From Vicugna vicugna (Eukaryota), in contig MU058645.1 of the NCBI GenBank assembly GCA_013265495.1, positions 1,096,995-1,160,994 on the forward strand: 64,000 bases of DNA, in the 5' to 3' direction. This document shows, one piece after another, positions 54,040 to 64,000 of this stretch. Numbering within the stretch: position 1 is the stretch's first letter; each line of letters begins with the position of its first letter. The notes beneath the pieces were generated by a model that was not told where the DNA came from, did no database searches, and saw nothing but the letters and a program-made list of their open reading frames with translations. A program made the translations under genes and the position numbers.

Positions 54040-54857
54040 TTTTTACTTCTAATGACAGTAATGGATTATAATCCATGAGAATATAATGATATAGATAACT
54101 GAATGAATACACACATGTGGGAGAAGGGACAGACCTTCCTTATGGAGGTCCAAAAAATATAGAAGGAAAGATGAATTTTTAAAAATCATCATTTGAAAAC
54201 TACCAAAGTAATAAATATTACAAGCAAGAACCACTCATTGGGTGCTAAAATTAGTGAACAAAACTATGATGACAAATGGTATCTGTACATTTTCAGAGAA
54301 TCTTTCCACAGAACATTTATTAACTACATCGGGGGAAAAAAAACACACTGTACAGTGGAGAAACCAGGCAGGTACCACCTTAACCAGGTGACTGAAGTTC
54401 ATATCAAGAATAATATGACTATACCCGTTTTATGCACTGAGCAGGGTCCAAAAGCACTTCTGTGGTTTTCTTGCCTAAAATGCATCATCTCAATCTAATT
54501 CTGAGAAAACATCAGACAAGCCCAAACTGAAGAATGTTCTACAAAACTACCACCAGTTACCTTCAAAAGTGTCAAGAAAAGTATCATGAAAGAACGTGAC
54601 ACTGTCACAGTTTGGAGGAAACGAAAGACACATCATCACTAAATGCAATGTGGGATCTTGGATTAGATCCTGGACCAGAAAAAGCACATGAGTAGAAACA
54701 CTGGTGAAATCTAAATAAATATCTGCAAATGAGTTAATAATATTATCAATGTCAATTTCCTAGTTCCCATAACTGTACTATGGTCATAAGAGCTGTTAAC
54801 ATTAATTTCTGTACTATTTTTCCTATTTCTCTATAAGTTCATTCATTTAAAAAAAGA
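54040..54857 (+). mobile_element. L1MC-like 3' UTR fragment
   Basis: tacagtggagaaaccaggcaggtaccaccttaaccaggtga, gagaaaacatcagacaagcccaaactga, ctaaatgcaatgtgggatcttggattagatcctgga. Confidence 0.8.
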
Positions 54858-56439
54858 GCTTTAGCTTTAGCCTTTGGAGTTATTTATTCTAATGGAGTAG
54901 GGGGATAGCTGTGGGACAGAATGAAAACCATGCCAATGTCTTCTCTAATCTTTCAAAAAATAAAAAGAAAATGTCTGCTTAGCAATAAAACTGAGGATCT
55001 CAAAAATCATTCAAAAGCATTTCTTTAATTCAAAATAATCAAAAAATTTTAAATAGTCTCTTTAAATTTTCTTTAACAGATACTGCTTTAATAAACACAT
55101 AACCTCCTTAAAAACACGGAAAAAGACTACAATCCATAAACAATGACCTTTATGTAGAAAGCTAATCCAAGAACCACATGCAAGTAGGGAAAGAAGACCT
55201 GGCCTTGAGTTTACACAACCTGGATTTTATTTCTGATTTTCTGTAAGATTTAGAAATGTGGCTTTGAACCCTCTGGGTCTCAATTTCCTCCTCTGTAAAA
55301 TGAGGCTAAACCAGATCACATGTGTGGTTTCTACCAGCTCTAAAATTTAATCAATTAAGAGTACACCTTCCTGTTTTTTCACAGAGAACCTCATTCTGTG
55401 CCCCTTCAATTGCTCACAAGAAAGGGCTATATAAACTCAATGAGCAACTGAGAACACAGACAATCCCACTCCTGCTGGAACGACACATTCCAAAATGTCT
55501 TAAACCACTGGGAACCAAGACTCAGTTTAAATGATACTCTTGTAAAGCACCAAATCCTCATGTAACCAAGCTCCACATATTTGCATTTGGGTAGGTAAGA
55601 AGAGGTCTGTCCCTTATGTACTTCATCCTCTTCAATCTCCAACCCCCTCAGGGTTTTCATAGGAATTGGTTAACTAGAGTGAAAATGAAACAGAACTCTC
55701 AAAAATTTTGAAGGAATTTTATCTGCATAAGGGGAAGAAGTGGGTTACTTTTCCTAAGTAACAAATTTCTTTTACTTTTAACTGTTCTTTTCAATTGTAT
55801 TCCAAACTCTACTTAAGCTCAATGGAGAAAAAGCCTAAGATTTGTAATCATGCAACATATGTTTATCTGGGCATCACCTTAATTCCATAAACTAAAGCAA
55901 ATCAATGTCAAATGACATTCACAGGTGTTAGAGCAGCCCATATACAAGAAAAATTCCTTATACAATGAAAAAGCTAAAGAGAGGCTTTTTCAAGCCATAA
56001 TAAACAATCTACTATACATAATATTCAAAAAGATCATTTATAACAAGTGTCAAGATTGAATTATAAAATTTCCATCCTTCTAACAAGAGCAACATATACA
56101 ATACCCTTAACTGTCAACGCAATTTATACTGAAAACATTATTTTAATATGGTAAATAATATGATCCTCTTTAATTAAACCAAAGCTGTTTTACTTTACAA
56201 AGAACTAGATTTGGAAAATCTAAGTCACGTTACATGTGCTGCTAGAAGAACTACATGTACTACATTTTTACTACCTCTCAAAGTGTACATTCTACTATCT
56301 TACAACAATATTCTTGGAAAGATTTTTAATATGAGTTGTTAAAATACAGAATACAGCACTCTTGAGATAAAACTTTAATTCATTAGAATGCAAGGTAAAT
56401 TGTTATCATATAAAAACACTACCAAAATAATACAACAAA

Positions 56440-57780
56440 AACCCCGGTCAAGGACATTCCAGACAAACCTTGTCCCTGAACTCCAAACACTTGTATCCAA
56501 TTCCCTTCTAAACATGTCACCTTGACACATTCAAAACCAAACACTTCATCCGTCCCCCAAACTTGCTTCTCCTGATCTCAGAAAATGGCAAAATCCATCC
56601 TCTCACACATCACATCCAATCTACCAGCAAATACTATATACTCACTTTTTAAAATATATCAAGAATCCCACTTCTCATCACCTCAATGTCCTGCCACCTT
56701 AGTTCAAGCCTCAATCATTTCTCACCTCAACTACTAAAATAAGCTAACTGGCCTCCCAGCTTCCACCACTACCCTTGTCAGTCTATTCTGTTTTCCAGAG
56801 TTAGCCTGTTAAAATCCAAGTGATATGTCACTCTTCTGCTGACAACTCTCTAATGGAGCCAGTCTCAAAATTTTTGGTCTCAGGATTCTACCTTCAGAAA
56901 ATTAATAAAGGAGCCTGAAGAGCTTGTGTTCATAAGATGTGCATCTATTAATGCTTCCTGTACTGGAAACCAAAAGTGAAAAGTGTTTAAATAACCTTTG
57001 CTTTGCTTTAAAAAATAATAAACCCTATTCCACGTTAACAGAAAACATTTTATGGAAAACAATATATTTCCCAACAGAAGTGAGAAGCACTGTTTTTATT
57101 TTTGCAAGCTGTTTAAACACCTTTCTTAACAGAAACAATGGAATTCTCGTTATCTTCTTCTGAATTCTCTCTGCTGCAGTATCACACAGCACATAGCCTC
57201 TGAACACTTCACTGTACACTGATGTAAGAATGAGGGTGAAAAAGCTAAATAACATTATTATGAAAACAGTTTGACCTTACAGACTCCCTAAGCCAGGCCA
57301 CGTTTAAGAACCACTGCTCTAATATTTCCCATCTCAGTGTAAAAGCCCAGGTCCTCACAAAGATCTACAAGGTCCCACAAAACCCACAAAGGCTCCTCCT
57401 CACCACCACGACTCCATAACTTTCCAACCTTCTCTCCTAACCAGCCTACCCGTGCGCCTCATTCACAGCTCTCACTGCAGCCACACAAGGAACTGCTGGT
57501 CCTGGCCTTGCAGTCTTGCACTATCTCCTTTGCTCCAAAGTCAAATTTTCAACAAGGCCCACCCAGATCTCTCCATATAAAACTGCAATTTGTCCCCAAT
57601 CCACCCAGAATACTCTGATTCCCTTTATCCTATTCAATGGACTCCCAGAACTCATATTGCCTCATACACCACAGAATGTATTTATTGTTTACGACCTGTC
57701 TCCTACATAAGAATATAAACTCTGGGAGGGCAAACAGCTTTATTTTTGCTATTTGGTATATTCTCAACATCGAAATCCTT
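56440..57780 (+). mobile_element. L2 fragment split by a DNA transposon
   Basis: ccctgaactccaaacacttgtatccaa ... gtcactcttctgctgacaactctctaatgg, resuming ttcccatctcagtgtaaaagcccaggtcctcac. Confidence 0.7.
56860..57317. mobile_element. hAT Charlie1-type non-autonomous element
   Basis: cagtctcaaaatttttggtctcagga...gaagagcttgtgtt...aataaaccc...ttgaccttacagactccct...tttaagaaccactg. Confidence 0.7.
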
Positions 57781-60700
57781 GGAAAAAATACCTTTTGAAC
57801 AAACCACATTAGGACTACTAGCACAAAAACATGCAAAGCTACAAAACATTCCTGAAACTTCACTAAATCATCAATAGGCTATTTGCTTGACAACTTATTC
57901 CTCTTCCCTTTAAAGTAACAGAAATGCATTCCTCTTCTCAGAAGGGCTAGCTCTCTTTATTCCTGACCTGTGAGAATAGGTTTAATAACATGTTAATAAC
58001 ATGTCTTTTACATCACTGTTAAATTCTTCTAGTGTATTTTGGATCAAATGAGAAGATAAAATGCACAAGCATCTGAATATGACTGGTCTTAGCTTAAAAA
58101 AAAGAGAGAAAAAAAAACCTAACCCATAAAGAAAAGCCTGCCCCTTTCAGGAATGCAAAAAAGGAGCTGTAACAATACATTCCTCTTGAGGTTTTTCAAA
58201 ACCTCTATGTTGATCAACTGTCTATTAAGAGCATATTTAGTAAAAAACGTAAGAATATAATACAAAAGCAGCTTTTAAATTTTATTTCCTAGAAGTACAA
58301 ACTGTTTATAAAGTGGATTGGTCTAAAAGTATAATCTGAGGTTTTTTTTAACTTGTCTTAATAATCCATGGTATAACATAATGGTTTTCATATATATACA
58401 TTCAACAAATAATTTTTATATAGCCACCATGAACTAGGCACTGGCCAAGGCCATAGAGATATAGCTGTGTGCAAAAATAGACATGGTCCCTGCTCTATCA
58501 GAAATTAAGTGAGCAAAAATAATAGTTGAAGCAGAGAACTCAGGTTTGGCCTCAAAGAAGCACCTCTCAGCAGATTTCACATACATATTTCAATTCACAT
58601 TGCAAAGTAATAATGATCTTAAATTTTACTGAATTTCTGTTCCTTACTAACATTTTACAACGTAATCTAGGGAAGTTATGCAAATATTAAAAGTATTATG
58701 TTGCATTTAGTGGTCATGTGGTCCATGTGATCAGGACATAGATAATCTTAGAGGTAATTACTCAGGGAAGAAAACTGAGTCTTCAGAAAGGAAATCAAAA
58801 GTCAGATTCCATAAGGTTTCCTGCATCCTCTAGACTTCACATTCCTGCTTGTGACTGGACTTCCCTAGTACACACGTTTCACAAACCCCCAGGGAAAGCA
58901 AGCCCACCAGACACCACACAGAGAGTCATCTCTACAGTATAAAATAAATTCTCCTTTATAAACAAATTATCCAACTAACTGTTCCTCTGTCTCCATTTCC
59001 CCTGTTATCCAGACCTTCCCCAAGGCTGACTGAAATGTCACAGCATGGTGTTACTGGAAACGAAACAGAGATGACTGGTGGTGGGAAGGGTAGCACATAA
59101 TTAGTGGGGAGAAGTATCTCTTAAACTCAAATTAGAGAAATGAGGTCAAACTTATTTCCAAGGGAGGAGTCTCCCTTCAAAGTCTGCCTTGGAGAACAGG
59201 ACTTTATTATTAGAGTCTGGCTACAGATGGATTTCCTCACAGGTAAGTATTACTCTCATCTCCACTTTACAGTTAGGAGACTGAGACTTGGGGATTAAGT
59301 GCTTTCAACCAAAGATCACATAACATGAAAGTGGAAAACTCACGATCCAAACCTAGGTTTGACTCCACATCTTATTGCTCCATTTCCCAAAACTAAATTT
59401 GGTTGCTACTAGAACAGTGTGTGCTAGTGATAGTTTCTAGGGCAACACACAAAATGAGCACACAGGACCAAATATGGGCTTGATGATGAGAAAAGCAGTG
59501 ATGGCAGACAGTAAGAGCCAGACAGAAAAGAAGAAAAAGATGGGGAAGAGGGTACAAACTAGAGACATGGATAAAGAAAAAGAGGGAAACATGGAGATAC
59601 ATATACAGTAATAATGAAGGAAAGAAAGAATGGTATAATCCAAATTACAGCTAGTATGAAAGTCGAATGAGAGATTCTCATTTAAGCTCTGCCAGGGACT
59701 AGATGCATAACCGTCAACAAATCATTTAAGCTTTTCATGATCTATGATTATTCTCATATATAGGCACATCTAAGATACCTCTAGGCCTAAGCTTCTGAGT
59801 TCGATAGAAAAAATTTTTTCACTTGAGTAACAGTATTTGTAGTGTCTTGAGCGCATAATAGGTGCTCAAGAAGCTGTTATTACTAACTGAATAAGACCCA
59901 TCTTTTATAGCATCAGGCACTGTGCTGGAGACACTCTACTAAGCACCATGGTCCTTGCCATCACAATTCCTCTATAGTTTCTATGTAAATGGGTTAGAGT
60001 GCTAGAAATGATTGACAAATGAGGCTGCGTGTCCTCAAATCTAAATTGGGCCTGAATTTGGCCTAAACACTAGACAAAGCAATTTTTAGACAGTAAGCCA
60101 GAGTTCTGTAGGCTTTGGTTCTATACAGGAAACACCAAGCTAGGGAAAATTGGATGCTAGATACATAAACCCTCATTTTAATTATTATGAAGGAAAGGAG
60201 AATAAAAAGTGGAAAAAACATGGACATAAATGTATCACTCTGATGATACATAATTATGATGATGGATCTGATACATGAAAAAAAGCTTAAAATATGTGCT
60301 TCTGTCCCACTTAAGGGTTTTTCCCAAACCTTAGTTTTCTGATTCCTAATCTTATCACCTATTTTTAGTAGTGTCCTTGATTATCAAAGCAAGTGGTTGT
60401 TTTTCTTGCTCAAGGTACTTCTTCATTCACTCAAAAACTTCTCAAAGACAGAGATAAATAAACAGTTGTATTTTAGAGTAGCCAGGCTAAGGTTGAGACA
60501 TCCAAGTTACCATTCAAATTGGGTACTGTTCCTTGAAACTCCACTGAATTTTTCCCAGTGAAAAGATCATAATGAACAGAATTTCTAAGAACAAAGTTCT
60601 GTCTTTACCAAGGCCTGCTTTGATAGGGGGCAAGCGGAAAACTATTGATAAAAACCAAAAATCTAAAAAACAACCTTATTTCAAACAACACTTGTACCAT

Positions 60701-61506
60701 CCCCATCACCCTGAAAAATGAATGAAATCCAGTCATAAAAGATGAAATCTCTCCCTAATGGTGGTTTGAAACCAAACACTCCTACAAAGACTAAGTACAA
60801 CAAGATCTACCATCTTTAGTTAGACAATTTCATAGGCAAGAAAAGAGTAAGATGTACTTTAGAACCCTCCCTCCCCGCCAGTACACTGTTTTTTTTCAAG
60901 CAGGGAAGTGGAAAAGGCCATAAAAGCTCTCAAAACCAGGTCAATTCATAGGTGCTTGGGGGCACTGGTAATAATCTTCAGGAAGACATCAAAATATCAA
61001 GACTTAACAAAAAGTGAACTCACTCTGAGAAGGTCAATATTAAATGGAACAAGTTTTGAAAGAAATTTAATACACTTCCTGCATTCTGAACATGTTGTGC
61101 TGTCTTTTCTCTCATGAAAAGAATGATGTTTTGAAGTCTAGGAAGCTATTTACACAGTAAACATACCATCACCTTCCTTAGAGCTGTAGTTACAGTAGCT
61201 AAAGATAATTTAACGTAATGTGCATATAAAGGAGGACAACTTAACAGAAAAACTCTGCCTCTCCAGGTCTCTGTCCAGAACTAATCTAAGTTATCAGTTC
61301 ACAAGTTAGATAAAATTTTACTTTTTAAAAAATTTACTAATAGCTGACTGAAGGATTGTAAATACTAATCTGTGATGAATAGAGAAACTGTTGAAAATGC
61401 AATCTTTGAAAAAACCTATTATAATGTCTCAGTCAGCCTCCATTTCTTCACCTATAAAATGGAGTTATTTCCAGGTCACAGGATTGCAGGAAAGATTAAA
61501 TGAGAT

Positions 61507-61562
61507 TGTGTGTGTGTGTGCGCGCGCTCGCGCGGAAGGGGAGAGAGATGGAAAGAGAGAGA
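61507..61562 (+). repeat. (TG)n(CG)n followed by GA-rich tract
   Basis: tgtgtgtgtgtgtgcgcgcgctcgcgcggaaggggagagagatggaaagagagaga. Confidence 0.9.
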
Positions 61563-62604
61563 ACATACCTGAATCATACACATAAGAATGTCCATATCAT
61601 CATCATTACCAGTGATGGCTGTGATATAAAATTACACATTCCAGAAACGCTGTATCTTGGCAAGTGGGTCTGAAAGATAGTATGTGCTGATCTGATGAAT
61701 ATCTGTTATGTAAAATCTGTAACTGGTCTTTTCTCAGAATCTATAGGCATAAAAGATACTTAGAAAAGGCACCTACCAAATACTATTTGCAAATGACCAC
61801 TTACGTGTAAATTCGCCATAATCAGCAAAAGGAGGCAGAAGGTAACAAAGATACAGTTTACTTTTTGCAACTCATTTTTTACTAAGCTCTTCCTCAAATA
61901 TTCAAACATATAAATCCAAAAAACCTTACAAACTACTCAAATACAAACCCCACAGTAAGTTCAAGTTATTAGAAATGACTCTTAAATATCTGGAGTAAAT
62001 GTTCTCTATAGCACCCTTCCCACCACACATTCTTTAAAAAGGTGTTTGCTCCAGGATCTGACCTGTTTTGATTTAATCACTTTTCTAGAGTTTTAAGATT
62101 AACCTCAAATGAATATTTTGAGTGAAGGAAAACTGAAGAGACATTCAGGCTTATAAGGTATCTTTGCATAATTACAACTTAATACCTTAAAAGTTATCTA
62201 ACCAAAAACAACACAACACAAAAGGATCACATCTTACAGTGTTACCTTGAAACTGTAGTAGTATTACTGAGAACACTCCCTCTACTTCACTCCACTGACA
62301 ATCCTGTAATCTTGAGCTAATTCAGTGATGTGACTCTTCAAACATGTATTTCTAAAAATCCATTCAGAACTCAAACTTAGATGCTTCAGGTTTTCAGACT
62401 CTGGCATAAACAATCTTGAACTAAATGGTAGCTACCTTTATCACAATAATAGATTTGGATGAATGGAAGTGTATCACTTAAAAAAAACTTTTAAAAATGT
62501 AAACCACCACCAATATCTATGGAAAATGAATATAGTATCAGCTTATAAACAACTAATTATACTCAGCCTGCTACAGAAAAGTAGTAAAGTTTTAATGAAA
62601 TAAG

Positions 62605-62830
62605 TACTATATATATATCTATATACACACACAGATGTGTACACACATATACATACACATATATACACCCACAGTACTTATATAATTAAAGTTATAGACA
62701 AATTACACACATACATGTTTATATATAAACATATTAATATATAATATATAAAAGTATATTTATTATATTAAATAAATTATTGAAATATATTAACATACAC
62801 CTGTATTTTATGAATACAGCTTATATACAT
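62605..62830 (+). repeat. AT-rich (TA)n/(CA)n low-complexity region
   Basis: tatatatatctatatacacacacag...atataatatataaaagtatatttattatatta. Confidence 0.85.
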
Positions 62831-64000
62831 TCCGTATACCTTATTCTAACTTCATCTTGTATGTTAAAATGCATGAAATTTTACATTTTTTCTGAAATTG
62901 AAAATAAAGTTCTCCACATTCTGATTTACTAGATTAGGAGCATTAGAGTTAATTATACTTTACTTCTCTCACAAAGATCTAACATAAAGAGTATCTTTAG
63001 TCGCTATCTCTGAATTCTAAACCTGCCACAGCTTACTTAAGCCAAATAAACCAAATGATCAAGCATCTATATCACTGGTAACAGAGGAGTTGATTTGTTT
63101 TAAACTCTGCAAATTTCAGAGATGGCTAAACAGGCTAATTTAACTTCAACATCATATGGAAACTTACTTCTCATATGAATGCATTACGTTCAACCTAGCA
63201 CTTAAAGTAATTTAAGTGAAATTTCCAATGCCACGGACACAATTACTTGTACTTATTTTAATGAGAAAAAGTAATACTCCCACATTTCTTTCATACCTTC
63301 ATGAAAGATACCTTCATACCTTCACTCTCATGTGCACAACCTCAATAAACTGTTTCCAAAACACAGGGAATTTGTAAAAACTTTCCCTTCTACTCTTGCT
63401 TTCTCAATCACCAAAATTTCCATATTTACTTTAAAACTAAACACTTCTTTAATCCTTATATTTAAAAAGAATACAGGCTTGTCACAGCTGTATCCTTACT
63501 GTATAATGTAACGTGATACCCAGAAAATATAATCTATCAGATTAGGGTTATGTATCTAAGCAAAATCTAACAACCTCCTAAAAGTAATTCTCATTTCCCT
63601 TTGGAAACCAGTAGTTTCCATAAGTATATTAAGAAATATTATTTTTATATTTTACATTGGCATTTTTACATTTTAAACATTTACCATCCTCTGATAGGCC
63701 TCACTTCTCAATAGTCACAAATAACTCTCTAAACTTGGATGCAGATTTCTGTCAACGAATATGTATATCATGGGGGGAAAGTACACCTGAAAATACATGC
63801 TACAATATAACCAGGATTCAAGGTTAAACACTCTAAATGCTGTATGTTGCATCAAGGGTTAAATTATCCCTAAGAAATAACAAGCATTAGTTACTTAAAA
63901 AGTAACAAAGTCCAGATTTCCTATAATAGAAATTCTACCGTTCTGTGTTTAAATTTTCTAATATAAACTATCTACATACAATAGAAAACAGTAAAGACTG

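Noticed and set aside
1..64000. Novel multi-gene or prokaryote-type system (operon, CRISPR, intact ERV or transposase)
   Set aside because: No ORF over 120 aa, no intact gag/pol/env or transposase; content is explained by QKI introns and decayed mammalian repeats

Overview
AT-rich mammalian genomic DNA lying entirely inside the QKI (Quaking, STAR/KH RNA-binding protein) gene, which runs on the minus strand. Only two coding exons are present: exon 2 (46366-46508, 143 nt) and exon 3 (25445-25561, 117 nt), both with canonical AG/GT boundaries. The window therefore holds the 3' part of intron 1 (46509-64000), all of intron 2 (25562-46365, 20.8 kb) and the 5' part of intron 3 (1-25444). The rest is intron with layered interspersed repeats: old L2, MIR, L3, L1M, MaLR/ERVL LTRs and hAT MITEs, plus younger L1 pieces and three tRNA-derived SINEs resembling camelid Vic-1, so the source is probably camel/llama/alpaca (inference). 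Except for the QKI-overlapping and L1-derived ORFs, the supplied ORFs look spurious. I found no convincing new multi-gene system. The best leads concern RNA processing of QKI itself: an exon 2-3 circle with a junction-spanning 92-aa ORF, competing inverted SINEs in intron 2, a perfect hairpin masking an RBFOX motif, a candidate in-frame 18-nt microexon, two PTC-introducing splice options, and a scrambled L1 insertion. Repeat subfamily names and boundaries were assigned by eye and are approximate.
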